This document shows, piece by piece, positions 1 to 8,977 of a stretch of 39,182 nt of DNA. This DNA comes from Bacillota bacterium (GTDB taxonomy: Bacteria > Bacillota > UBA994). Under the pieces are notes generated by a model. That model was not told where the DNA came from, did not search any database, and saw only the letters and a program-made list of their open reading frames with translations. Each line of letters starts with the position of its first letter. The first letter of the stretch is position 1. Where the stretch lies: the NCBI GenBank assembly GCA_018725275.1, contig QLUC01000001.1:1-39182 (forward strand). Reading direction: 5' to 3'. Made by a program: the position numbers and the translations under genes.

Positions 1-1
1 T

Positions 2-265
2 CGGACACTGCTCTTAGCAACAGTCCTAGCACTACGCCTGGCCATGCCTATTTTGGCGGTGATAATTATTACCGATTTGTCCTTGGGAATGATTGGACGG
101 GCCGTGCCCCAACTCAATGTGCTGATGTTGGGGTTACCTCTTAAAGCTGGCATTGCTTTGTTGATCTTAGGTGTCCTCTCGCCACTCTTCCTTGATGTAG
201 GGCACAGTCTTGTGTCGCATATGGAGGCCATTGTGGGTGCGGCATTGGAGGGTCTAAGGCCATGA
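2..265 (+). CDS. fliR: Flagellar type III export gate protein FliR, C-terminal part (5' end lies outside the window)
   Basis: The frame is open from the window edge to TGA 263-265. The C-terminus is hydrophobic (ILAVIIITDLSLGMIGRAVPQLNVLMLGLPLKAGIALLILG). It has an ATGA overlap with flhB and sits immediately upstream of flhB-flhA, as in fliPQR-flhBA clusters. Confidence 0.85.
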   Translation, partial: RTLLLATVLALRLAMPILAVIIITDLSLGMIGRAVPQLNVLMLGLPLKAGIALLILGVLSPLFLDVGHSLVSHMEAIVGAALEGLRP

Positions 266-1326
266 GTCAGCAGGGAGCCGAGGAACGCTCTGAACAAGCG
301 ACGCCCAAGCGCTTAAGCGAGGCGCGCGATAAAGGTCAGGTTGCCAAGAGTATGGACCTTATTAGTGCCATAGGTTTTTTTGGCGTCATGGTAGCTTTCG
401 CCACCACCGCCGGGAGATTTATCACCTACGCCTTGACCTACCTGATACGCTCTTTATCTACCTTTGCGCAGCCCACTGCGCGAGATGCAGGATTTGGGCA
501 TTTGTTTGGCGAAGCAGTAGCTAGTTACATTTTCATGGTTTGGCCGGCGCTCCTTGGGGCTCTGGTCATCGGCGTTGCGGCTAATGTTCTGCAATCAGGT
601 TTCATCTGGAGCTTAGACCCGATTAAGCCGGAACTAAATCGTCTCAATCCCATCGATGGCCTAGGGCGCATGTTTTCTACTAGGGCACTCTTTGACCTGC
701 TGAAGGCGATGCTGAAGATGGCCCTCGTGGGCTATGCGGTTTTTTCTGGGGTGCAAGCGGAGTTAGGACGATTATTGCAGTCGGGTTTTGCCGAAGGAAT
801 GTCTTCTCTTGTTTTAGTGGGAAGGGTGCTCTGGGTGCTGGCCCTCAGGGTCAGCTTGGTTTACGTACTCATTGGCATCGTTGACTTCTTGTACCAACGC
901 TATGAGCACAAAAAAAATCTCATGATGAGCAGGCAAGAGGTCAAGGAAGAGCACAAACAGATGGAAGGCGATCCGCAAATTAGAGCTAAACAGCGCGAGC
1001 GAGCCCGCCTTCTCGCTACCCGCCGCATGTTTAGCGATATCCCGCACGCTACGGTGGTCATAACGAACCCCACTCATTTCGCCGTAGCCCTTAAGTACGA
1101 GGAAAACAGCGGCGGCGCGCCGACCGTGGTCGCTAAGGGAAGCGATTACTTAGCGCAAAGAATTATCGCCAAAGCTAAAGAAGCAGGCGTTCCCATTGTG
1201 CAACAACCGGAAGTAGCGCGGGCTCTGTACCGCCAAGTTGAACTTGGCCGTGAAATTCCGGTAGATCTGTACCGCTTGGTGGCGGAAGTGCTCGCCATGG
1301 TACTTAGCCGAGGAGGGGGATTGTGA
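262..1326 (+). CDS. flhB: Flagellar export switch protein FlhB
   Basis: 354 aa with an N-terminal TM region and the conserved autocleavage motif NPTH (VVITNPTHFAVAL). It is followed by flhA with overlapping stop and start. Confidence 0.96.
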   Translation: MSQQGAEERSEQATPKRLSEARDKGQVAKSMDLISAIGFFGVMVAFATTAGRFITYALTYLIRSLSTFAQPTARDAGFGHLFGEAVASYIFMVWPALLGALVIGVAANVLQSGFIWSLDPIKPELNRLNPIDGLGRMFSTRALFDLLKAMLKMALVGYAVFSGVQAELGRLLQSGFAEGMSSLVLVGRVLWVLALRVSLVYVLIGIVDFLYQRYEHKKNLMMSRQEVKEEHKQMEGDPQIRAKQRERARLLATRRMFSDIPHATVVITNPTHFAVALKYEENSGGAPTVVAKGSDYLAQRIIAKAKEAGVPIVQQPEVARALYRQVELGREIPVDLYRLVAEVLAMVLSRGGGL

Positions 1327-3368
1327 TGCTACAGGCCGTACTAAAAAACACCGACATAATAGTAGCTTCACTGGTCATCGGCATTGTCATGATTATTATC
1401 ATCCCCCTGGCACCCTGGGCTTTAGACTTACTTCTTATCATTAATATCGCTATTAGCCTAATTATCTTCCTGACCACATTTTTTACCACCAACATTCTCC
1501 AACTGAGCGTCTTCCCGACATTACTACTAGTTACTACATTGCTCCGCTTGGCTCTCAATATTTCTTCTACCCGCCTAATATTATCTGCTGGGCAGGCGGG
1601 GGAGGTCATCGGCGCCTTTGGCTCCTTTGTCATTGGCGGCAATTATGTGGTGGGCTTGGTAATTTTCATTATCATTACGGTCATTCAGTTTGTGGTCATC
1701 ACCAATGGTGCGGGGCGTGTGGCGGAGGTTGCGGCCCGTTTTACGCTTGATGCCATGCCCGGCAAGCAGATGGCGGTGGATGCCGATCTCAATGCCGGTC
1801 TTATCAATGACGTGCAAGCACGAACTAGGCGACGAGATTTGCAACGGGAATCTGACTTCTACGGAGCTATGGATGGTGCGAGTAAATTTGTCAAGGGGGA
1901 TGCGATTGCCGGCATCGTGATTACCCTCATCAATATTTTCGGTGGCTTGATCATTGGCATGCTCCAACTTGGCATGTCGATGCAAGAAGCCGCTGCCGTG
2001 TATGTCATGCTGACGGTGGGAGACGGCTTGGTCAGTCAGCTACCCGCTCTCCTGATTTCTTCGGCCACGGGCATTTTAGTGACCCGTGCCAACACCGACC
2101 ATAGTTTCGGCACCGAACTGACCGCGCAGCTCTTTTCCATGCCGCGGGTCTTGGGGATGGTAGCGATCCTCCTTGCGGCCATTGGTCTGGTCCCTCAATT
2201 GCCGGCGATGCCTTTTCTCGCCGTCGCCGGGGCTCTCGGCTATGCGGCCTTTGTCTTATACCAAGAAGGAAAGGAAAAAGAGCTGGCCGTAAGTGCCGCA
2301 GTTTCCCAAGGTGCACCCAAGGCAAGCGAACCCGAGAACGTGTTGAATTACGTCTCAAATGAGCAACTTGAGGTGGAGATTGGCTTCGGTTTGGTGAAAC
2401 TCACGGACGGTAGCAAGGGCGGGGATTTGCTGGAAAGATTAGCCGCCCTACGACGGCGCATCATGGCGGAACAAGGACTTTTCATCAGGCCGGTGCGAAT
2501 TAGGGATAATTTACAGCTTAAGCCGAACCAATACGTTTTTCGAGTGAAAGGAAATCAGGTGGCTGAAGGCGAACTTCTCCCTAACCAGTACTTGGCGATG
2601 GACTATGCCGGTGGCAAGGTGGACCTGCCCGGGACAGATACTCTTGAGCCTACCTTTGGTCTCTCCGCACGCTGGATTCAAGGCAATGACAAAGAGAGAG
2701 CCGAAATTTTGGGTTACACCGTGGTCGATTGCGCTACGGTCTTAATCACGCATTTAGGCGAAATTGTCCGTCGTCATGCCCATGAACTTCTCGGCCGACA
2801 GGAAGTCAAAGAGCTCATGGATAAGGTTAAGGAGCAGCACCCGGCTGTCATTGAAGAGCTCTCCGCAGAGCATGTTTCGATCGGGGATCTCCAGAAAGTC
2901 TTGCAGGGCCTGTTGCAGGAGGGAGTGCCTGTCCGGGATCTGGTGACCATCCTCGAGGCTGTAGCTGATAACATCAGGGCATCGAGGGATAGCGATTTTC
3001 TTCTGGAGAAGGCTCGTCAAGCCCTCAGCAGGACTATTAGTCAAGGCATTGCGGAGCAGGGGACAATATTCGCGGTGACACTGCATCCGCGGACTGAACA
3101 GAACATGCTAGAGTCTGTCGCCAATAGCGGCAACGGCCATATATTGCTCGAACCGGCTAAACTACATCTGTTTTTTGACCGCCTCGGCAAGCAGGGAGAA
3201 AGACTGCAGAATCAAGGCCGTCAACCGGTGGTGCTGTGCCCTTCGCGTTTGCGTCTGCCGCTCCGTCGCCTCACCATGCGGCACTTCCCACAGTATGTCT
3301 TTATCTCCCCAAGCGAGGTCGCAGCAGGAACTAGCATAGAAACTTTGGGTGTGGTAGGTGCAGAATGA
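1326..3368 (+). CDS. flhA: Flagellar export apparatus protein FlhA
   Basis: About 680 aa with a polytopic N-terminal domain and a large cytoplasmic C-terminal domain (FHIPEP-type sequence, e.g. VVITNGAGRVAEVAARFTLDAMPGKQMAVDADL). RBS GGAGGGGGA lies at 1311-1319. GTG 1323 is an alternative start. Confidence 0.96.
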   Translation: MLQAVLKNTDIIVASLVIGIVMIIIIPLAPWALDLLLIINIAISLIIFLTTFFTTNILQLSVFPTLLLVTTLLRLALNISSTRLILSAGQAGEVIGAFGSFVIGGNYVVGLVIFIIITVIQFVVITNGAGRVAEVAARFTLDAMPGKQMAVDADLNAGLINDVQARTRRRDLQRESDFYGAMDGASKFVKGDAIAGIVITLINIFGGLIIGMLQLGMSMQEAAAVYVMLTVGDGLVSQLPALLISSATGILVTRANTDHSFGTELTAQLFSMPRVLGMVAILLAAIGLVPQLPAMPFLAVAGALGYAAFVLYQEGKEKELAVSAAVSQGAPKASEPENVLNYVSNEQLEVEIGFGLVKLTDGSKGGDLLERLAALRRRIMAEQGLFIRPVRIRDNLQLKPNQYVFRVKGNQVAEGELLPNQYLAMDYAGGKVDLPGTDTLEPTFGLSARWIQGNDKERAEILGYTVVDCATVLITHLGEIVRRHAHELLGRQEVKELMDKVKEQHPAVIEELSAEHVSIGDLQKVLQGLLQEGVPVRDLVTILEAVADNIRASRDSDFLLEKARQALSRTISQGIAEQGTIFAVTLHPRTEQNMLESVANSGNGHILLEPAKLHLFFDRLGKQGERLQNQGRQPVVLCPSRLRLPLRRLTMRHFPQYVFISPSEVAAGTSIETLGVVGAE

Positions 3369-4402
3369 GAATCAAGAAGGTTGTCGCCAAGGATATGCAG
3401 GTGGCACTGCATCTCTTGCGCAAAGAGTTGGGGCCCGATGCGGTGATTGTAAGCTCGCGGCCCATCCGGGAACCAGGCTTTTTCGGCTTGTTCAAGCCAC
3501 CGCGAGTTGAAGTGACTGCGGCCGCAGAACGCCTTCCGGAAAAAGAAATATCAGATGAGTTCCTGAAGAGCGAGCTAATAGAAATTAGGGCACTGCTTAA
3601 CCAAATCAGTGCCACAGAACTGAAGAGTTCTCTCAAAGGCGGGCTCACTGCCAAGTGGGCGGAGCGCTTTCGCATGGCCGAACTTAGTCCGGAGATAGTC
3701 TCGAGGTTGAGTGAGCATCTCGGGCCCGGCTCGGGTGGTAAGAATGATGAAGAAACTAGGGTTCTAGAACATATAGCCAAGTATTTTGCTTTGCCTAAGC
3801 CTAAGGGTCGAGGTAAGCGCGTCTCAGTTTTCGTGGGCCCTACAGGTGTCGGCAAGACTACCACCATCGCCAAGATAGCGGCGCGCCGTGCCCTGCAGGA
3901 GAAAAAACGTGTGGCGCTTATCACCATCGATACATTTCGCATCGGAGCGGTGGAACAATTAAAGATCTACGGCGATATCATTGGCGTACCAGTAGATGTA
4001 GTGACCTCGCCAAATGAATTTCGGGCGTCTTTGCAGCGACACAAACATCGGGATGAGATATTTGTAGACACCACCGGGCGGTCGGCCAAGAAACTGGTGC
4101 AGGTGGGAGAGCTTAAGGCCTATTTTGAGGGTATACCGGAACTTGACATTTACTTGGTGGTGAGCGCAACTACCAAGAGCCGTGACCTCCTGGCGATTTA
4201 TCGCGCTTTTTGTGACCTAGGCCTGTATGCGGCGATTATCACCAAGTGTGATGAGACCGAGAATCTCGGAGGGGTGGTTGATCTCTGTGCTCGCACCTCC
4301 ATTCCACTCGCATACCTTGCCAACGGACAGAATGTGCCGGAGGATATCCTCGTCGTCGAGCCAAGGGAACTGGCGAAATTGGTGTTAGGGGTGAGAGAAT
4401 AG
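3365..4402 (+). CDS. flhF: Flagellar SRP-type GTPase FlhF
   Basis: 345 aa with G1 GPTGVGKTTT, G3 VDTTGRS and G4 ITKCDET motifs. It has an ATGA overlap with flhA and the conserved flhA-flhF-flhG order. Confidence 0.95.
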   Translation: MRIKKVVAKDMQVALHLLRKELGPDAVIVSSRPIREPGFFGLFKPPRVEVTAAAERLPEKEISDEFLKSELIEIRALLNQISATELKSSLKGGLTAKWAERFRMAELSPEIVSRLSEHLGPGSGGKNDEETRVLEHIAKYFALPKPKGRGKRVSVFVGPTGVGKTTTIAKIAARRALQEKKRVALITIDTFRIGAVEQLKIYGDIIGVPVDVVTSPNEFRASLQRHKHRDEIFVDTTGRSAKKLVQVGELKAYFEGIPELDIYLVVSATTKSRDLLAIYRAFCDLGLYAAIITKCDETENLGGVVDLCARTSIPLAYLANGQNVPEDILVVEPRELAKLVLGVRE

Positions 4403-5259
4403 TGGGGGATCAAGCCCAGCTTCTACGCAGGTTGGTGGACAAAGACAGAGGAGCGCGTCGCGCCAAAGTTATTACCGTGGCTAGCGGTAAAGGCGGAGTA
4501 GGGAAGACCAATATTGTGGTCAACCTCGGTATCGTGCTGGCTGGCCTTGGCCAGGTAACAACCATCGTGGACGCCGATTTGGGGTTAGCCAATGTTGATG
4601 TCGTGCTCGGGCAGTACTTTCGGTACGACCTTGAGCATGTCTTAAAGGGTGAAAAGACTCTTGAGGAGGTTATCGGGCTCGGCCCGCATGGACTGCGCAT
4701 TGTTCCCTCTGCCTCGGGAGTTCCTCAGATGGCCAACATGGAGAACAAGCAGCGCAACCTGCTCATTGCGGAACTAGCCAAGTTAGAACATACCACCGAC
4801 TTCCTTTTGATCGATACCGGTGCGGGCATTTCGCGCAACGTCCTTTCGTTTGCCAACTTGGCCGACGAAGTTATTATTGTTGTCACCCCGGAGCCTACCT
4901 CGCTCGCCGATGCCTATGGGTTAGTCAAGATCTTGGTCAAGGGTAAGGCGGTGCGTAAAATTGCGCTCATCGTCAACCGCGCCCAAGGCATTCAGGAAGG
5001 GAAGCTTACCGGGGAACGTTTCCTTGCTTTGACGGAGCGTTTTTTGAATTTCAAGATGCGCTTTCTCGGATATATTCTCGACGACGCCGTGGTCGGTCAG
5101 GCGGTCCGCAAACAGCAACCTTTTGTGCAGAGCTACCCAGAATCTTGGCCCAGTCGTCAGCTCGAGAGGATCGCCAAGGAAATGCTTGGGCAGTCCGCTG
5201 AAGCCTTGCCGGAGCGCGGGCTACTGAGCGGGTTGTTGAGATTGTTTGGAGGCCGCTAG
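4402..5259 (+). CDS. flhG: MinD/ParA-type flagellar number regulator FlhG (YlxH/FleN)
   Basis: GTG start. It has the deviant Walker A motif SGKGGVGKT and a C-terminal amphipathic helix-like tail (GLLSGLLRLFGG). It lies directly after flhF. Confidence 0.93.
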   Translation: MGDQAQLLRRLVDKDRGARRAKVITVASGKGGVGKTNIVVNLGIVLAGLGQVTTIVDADLGLANVDVVLGQYFRYDLEHVLKGEKTLEEVIGLGPHGLRIVPSASGVPQMANMENKQRNLLIAELAKLEHTTDFLLIDTGAGISRNVLSFANLADEVIIVVTPEPTSLADAYGLVKILVKGKAVRKIALIVNRAQGIQEGKLTGERFLALTERFLNFKMRFLGYILDDAVVGQAVRKQQPFVQSYPESWPSRQLERIAKEMLGQSAEALPERGLLSGLLRLFGGR

Positions 5260-5904
5260 ATGATAAAGCCGGAGCTCTATATTGGTTTAAGATTAGAGAT
5301 GACACGTGGGGACGACCTAAGCGTCTACGTCACGCGCGTGGAGGACCTGTCTCGTCTGGAGTTTGCGGTGGGTGTGCCCTTTGGTGACCATGCCGTGGAG
5401 GTGTTCCACCCGGGAGACGAAGTGTTCTGTTCTTTTGGTGATAAAAATGCCCATGCCCTATGGGGTTTCGCTACGCGGGTCCTTCGCCGTGAAGTACAGG
5501 GGATACCACTTTACTATCTCTCTTTGCCGACGAACTTCAAGCGGGTCCAGCGTCGCAATTTTTTTAGGCTGCGGACTCTCGCCCAAGCTAAATTTCGCGT
5601 GATGGGCGATCTCCCATGGCACTCAGCCTATGTCCTCGACATCAGTGCCGGTGGGGCGCGCCTCTCCCATCGTGATCCTTTGGCCTACCTCGATATGGTG
5701 GAGATCACTTTTGCTCTGCCCAAGACGGAACTTCATTTTATCCTGCAGGGACGAGTAGTACGGGTGGAGCGCGTTGATTCTCAGGGAGTTCATCTATTTC
5801 ATAGCGGCATCGAGTTTATTAATTTGCCTATCGGCACCCAAGACCGTTTGGTGGGTTACGTCTTTGCGCGAGTTTCGGAAACAAAACGCACCAGAGGGGA
5901 ATGA
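5260..5904 (+). CDS. PilZ-domain c-di-GMP receptor of the YcgR / MotI(DgrA) type
   Basis: 214 aa. PilZ signature motifs RxxxR (QRRNFFRLR) and D-x-S-x-x-G (DISAGGARL) are both present, preceded by a YcgR-like N-terminal domain. It is embedded between flhG and sigD. Confidence 0.85.
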   Translation: MIKPELYIGLRLEMTRGDDLSVYVTRVEDLSRLEFAVGVPFGDHAVEVFHPGDEVFCSFGDKNAHALWGFATRVLRREVQGIPLYYLSLPTNFKRVQRRNFFRLRTLAQAKFRVMGDLPWHSAYVLDISAGGARLSHRDPLAYLDMVEITFALPKTELHFILQGRVVRVERVDSQGVHLFHSGIEFINLPIGTQDRLVGYVFARVSETKRTRGE

Positions 5905-6629
5905 CAGTGGCAAAGTGGGGTCCTACAGGTGCTGAACGAGAGCAGATGCTGCAATCTTTCTTGCCGCTAGTCGGCCGCATTGCCGCACGGATTTACATCC
6001 CGAACCCCGCGGTCATCGACAAAGAAGATTTGATATCGCAAGGTGTTATTGGTTTACTAGAAGCCATCGAAAAATACAACCCCGACCGAGATGTGAGCTT
6101 TGAATCCTTCGTCTATCGCCGCGTGCACGGCGCGATGATTGACTCCATCAGGGCGGTTAGTTTTAGCACGCGCACCGTCAATGACCGCGTTAAACAGTAT
6201 CGGGAGGCAGAAGACAGGCTAATGGCAGCAGGGGAGAGCGTCACCGAAGAGAATGTAGCCAAGTTGATGGGCCTGTCACTGACGCAAGTGCGCGACATCC
6301 TTGGGCATATTTTCTTTCGGGCGGTTGTTTCACTGGACAAGGTGCTGTATTCTGATGATGGGGATGAGTGTGCCGCTCTAGAAGCCATCGGTTCCCATAC
6401 CAGCCCCAACCCCGCACAAATCCTTGAGGAAGCTGAACTACGGGCCGGGTTGGTCGCGGCCTTGGAAACGTTGGCACTGCGTGACAGACAGTTACTTAAC
6501 ATGTACTATGTTGAGGAGATGACCTTAAAAGAAATTGCCGCCGTATTTGAGGTGACCGAAGGCAGGGTCTCGCAACTCCATGCGCGGGCACTACTGCGAC
6601 TGAGAAATATTCTTCGACAGGGGAGGTAG
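5901..6629 (+). CDS. fliA: Flagellar alternative sigma factor SigD/FliA (sigma-28 family)
   Basis: 242 aa with sigma-70 regions 2, 3 and 4. Examples are LISQGVIGLLEAIEKYNP, YRRVHGAMIDSIR, and the region 4.2 HTH LKEIAAVFEVTEGRVSQLHARAL. It has an ATGA overlap with the PilZ gene. Confidence 0.93.
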   Translation: MTVAKWGPTGAEREQMLQSFLPLVGRIAARIYIPNPAVIDKEDLISQGVIGLLEAIEKYNPDRDVSFESFVYRRVHGAMIDSIRAVSFSTRTVNDRVKQYREAEDRLMAAGESVTEENVAKLMGLSLTQVRDILGHIFFRAVVSLDKVLYSDDGDECAALEAIGSHTSPNPAQILEEAELRAGLVAALETLALRDRQLLNMYYVEEMTLKEIAAVFEVTEGRVSQLHARALLRLRNILRQGR

Positions 6630-6637
6630 AGACGGTC

Positions 6638-6979
6638 ATGATGTACTTTGTTTTTTTCTTTCTTGGCCTGTTGGTCGGCGTTTTGGGAGCATACATCTAC
6701 CTTAAGCTCAGTCATGAGGTCGCCGACCAACAAGGGCAGAGACTGGAAGCCCGACTGCAGTCCGTCGAAGAGCAGGTTTCATTTTTGGCACTACAGGTTG
6801 AGGATGGACAAAAAGCAATGCCATTACCGCGCACCAGAAAGAAGACTGCGCCGAGCGACAACCATCAAAAGGCCTTGAGCCTGCTGGCGGACGGATCTGA
6901 TCCGGGCACGGTGGCTCGCACCATCAACATGCCCCTTGGGCAGGTTCAACTTCTAAACAAACTTTACAGGAAGGAATGA
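6638..6979 (+). CDS. Hypothetical small membrane-anchored protein with coiled-coil and a C-terminal HTH-like segment (occupies the SwrB position after sigD)
   Basis: RBS GGAGGT at 6622-6627 and ATG at 6638. The N-terminal TM helix is YFVFFFLGLLVGVLGAYIYL, followed by a heptad-like stretch (RLEARLQSVEEQVSFLALQVE). The C-terminal segment KALSLLADGSDPGTVARTINMPLGQVQLLNKLY resembles a sigma region-4 type HTH. I recognise no confident family. Confidence 0.6.
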   Translation: MMYFVFFFLGLLVGVLGAYIYLKLSHEVADQQGQRLEARLQSVEEQVSFLALQVEDGQKAMPLPRTRKKTAPSDNHQKALSLLADGSDPGTVARTINMPLGQVQLLNKLYRKE

Positions 6980-6984
6980 AGCAC

Positions 6985-7725
6985 ATGCTCAGGGGATTGT
7001 ATCAAGCTACAGCGGCGATGGCTATTGCCAAAGCCAAGCAAGAAAATATCTCCGGCAATATCGCCAACGTGGAAACAGTGGGCTTTAAGCGCCAAGTGTT
7101 GAGTGAAGAGGTGTTTTCTCAGGCGATGCTCCTGGCACAGGTAGGGCCGCTAGCCAACGCTCTTGGTTCATCCACAGCCCGCCCTGCCATCAGCGAACCA
7201 AGGCTTGACTGGGGTCTGGGGCACGTGACGGCTTCGGATTCTCCGTTTCACCTAGCCTTAGGCGGGGGTGGTTTTTTTGCCATTATGACCGCGGATGGCC
7301 TGCGCTACACTAGGGCAGGGGATTTTCGTCTTGACGCCGAAGGTTACTTGGCAGATGCCTTTGGCGGCCGGTTGCTGCTAAACGACGGGCAGCCGTTGCG
7401 CTTTACGGGCGGGAACTTTCGCGTCGACACAAGCGGGGAGGTCTTTCAAGATGATGTTTCGGTGGGCATTCTCCAAGTGGTGGATTTTGCCGACCGCAAT
7501 GCTCTGCTGAAGGATCGCCAAGGGCAGTTTATGGCCACAGGCCTTACGCCAACTGCCGTCCTCCCAGAGGTAAAACAGTTCCACCTAGAACTCTCGAACG
7601 TAGACCTAGCCAAGGAGATCATGGAAATGCTCCTCGTAACGCGGGTGTTTCAGAGTGCCCAGCGCATCGTAGCCACATACGACCAACTGATGGAAAGGGC
7701 TCGCGACATAGGAAGTGCACGATAG
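6985..7725 (+). CDS. Flagellar basal-body rod protein (FlgF/FlgG family, FlhO-like)
   Basis: N-terminal rod motif MLRGLYQATAAM...NIANVETVGFKR and C-terminal motif LELSNVDLAKEIMEMLLVTRVFQS. ATG 6976 is an upstream in-frame alternative, but ATG 6985 has better RBS spacing (AGGAAGGA at 6969-6976). Confidence 0.88.
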   Translation: MLRGLYQATAAMAIAKAKQENISGNIANVETVGFKRQVLSEEVFSQAMLLAQVGPLANALGSSTARPAISEPRLDWGLGHVTASDSPFHLALGGGGFFAIMTADGLRYTRAGDFRLDAEGYLADAFGGRLLLNDGQPLRFTGGNFRVDTSGEVFQDDVSVGILQVVDFADRNALLKDRQGQFMATGLTPTAVLPEVKQFHLELSNVDLAKEIMEMLLVTRVFQSAQRIVATYDQLMERARDIGSAR

Positions 7726-7737
7726 GGGGGTGAAGGA

Positions 7738-8487
7738 ATGCTCGCTGGCATTAAACGTAGTTTCAGTGGTTTGATGGCCCAAATGCAGCGTCTCTCAGTG
7801 AAGGGAGCCAATATTGCTAACGCTACTACTCCTGGGTTTAAGCGGACAGAAGGGACATTTAGTGAGATGCTCTTGTCGGGGCTTGACGGCAGGCATGTGC
7901 CTGTCATCTCCGGCGAGGGTAGTAACCTCACCCGGGGGGTGGAGTTTCGGGGAGAACTTCTTTTCACTCAGGGGGGCTTAGTAGCAACCGGCCGACCTTT
8001 GGATATTGCAGTCGAGGGGCGCGGGCTGATCGAGCTCGTGGATGGGGCGGGACGCACGAGCTATACGCGTAACGGCAGCTTCACCCTTGATGGGTCTGGG
8101 CGCATAGTCCATAGTTCCGGGGGATGGCTCGAAGGACTGGTTGTTCCGACCGGTGCCACCATCATTGATATCGACCAAGAGGGGATGGTGTCGGTCGCCC
8201 ACGAAGGCGGCGTTGTCGAAATTGGGCGTATACGCCTAACTTCGTTTCTTAACCCCGCCGGATTGGATAGCATTGGTCAATCTACTTATGCTGCTACGGA
8301 AAACTCGGGCCCTGCAGAGATAGATGATCAAGCGAAATTACACCAAGGCTACCTAGAGTTAAGCAATGTTTCCCTCGCCGATGAGATGACCTCACTCATC
8401 AGGGCACAGAGGGCTTACCAGGCAAGTAGTCACGCGGTGCGTACCTTAGATGAGATGTGGGAAAATGTCAATGCGTTGCGCAGGTAG
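7738..8487 (+). CDS. flgG: Flagellar basal-body rod protein FlgG-like (FlhP-like)
   Basis: 249 aa with N-terminal NIANATTPGFKR and C-terminal LELSNVSLADEMTSLIRAQRAYQASS rod/hook family motifs. It is paired with the preceding paralogue. Confidence 0.88.
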   Translation: MLAGIKRSFSGLMAQMQRLSVKGANIANATTPGFKRTEGTFSEMLLSGLDGRHVPVISGEGSNLTRGVEFRGELLFTQGGLVATGRPLDIAVEGRGLIELVDGAGRTSYTRNGSFTLDGSGRIVHSSGGWLEGLVVPTGATIIDIDQEGMVSVAHEGGVVEIGRIRLTSFLNPAGLDSIGQSTYAATENSGPAEIDDQAKLHQGYLELSNVSLADEMTSLIRAQRAYQASSHAVRTLDEMWENVNALRR

Positions 8488-8503
8488 TCGGGAGGATTAA
8501 CGA

Positions 8504-8977
8504 TTGGATTACTACGTTGGAATTGGGGAGCTCTGCGTTGCGCGTGCCCCTAGCACAATTGTCACCCGAGGATTAGGATCATGTGTGGGGGTGGTGCTAC
8601 ACGATATCAATCGCAGTGTCGGAGGTCTGGCTCATATAATGCTCCCCAGTAGCACTGACTTCACCAGCTATACTAATCCCCATAAGTTTGCAGATTTAGC
8701 CATACCAGCTATGCACGAGCAGTTGCAGCAGCTCGGTGGTCGTAATTTTAAGGCACGCATAGCGGGCGGAGCTAAAATGTTCGCGACTATCTCGGAGCGC
8801 GCCGGATTTGATGTGGGGTTCCGCAATGTTGAGCGGGTACGTCAAGTATTGCGCCAACTCGGCATCGCCATTGTGAACGAGGATGTGGGAGGTAGCGTTG
8901 GTCGCACGGTGACATTTGAGGTTTCTACCGGAAGCGTCAAAGTGAGGTCGGTGGGGCGAGGTGAGCAGGTACTTTGA
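8504..8977 (+). CDS. cheD: Chemoreceptor glutamine deamidase CheD
   Basis: TTG start with RBS GGAGGA at 8491-8496. 157 aa with a conserved Cys context (GLGSCVGVVL) and His context (GLAHIMLP). Confidence 0.92.
   Translation: MDYYVGIGELCVARAPSTIVTRGLGSCVGVVLHDINRSVGGLAHIMLPSSTDFTSYTNPHKFADLAIPAMHEQLQQLGGRNFKARIAGGAKMFATISERAGFDVGFRNVERVRQVLRQLGIAIVNEDVGGSVGRTVTFEVSTGSVKVRSVGRGEQVL

Noticed and set aside
3331-3942. 203-aa minus-strand ORF opposite flhF
   Set aside because: It is antisense to a motif-verified GTPase gene and has no RBS or family signature. The same reasoning applies to the other minus-strand ORFs at 33223-33789, 37135-37611, 30759-31220 and 20373-20825.
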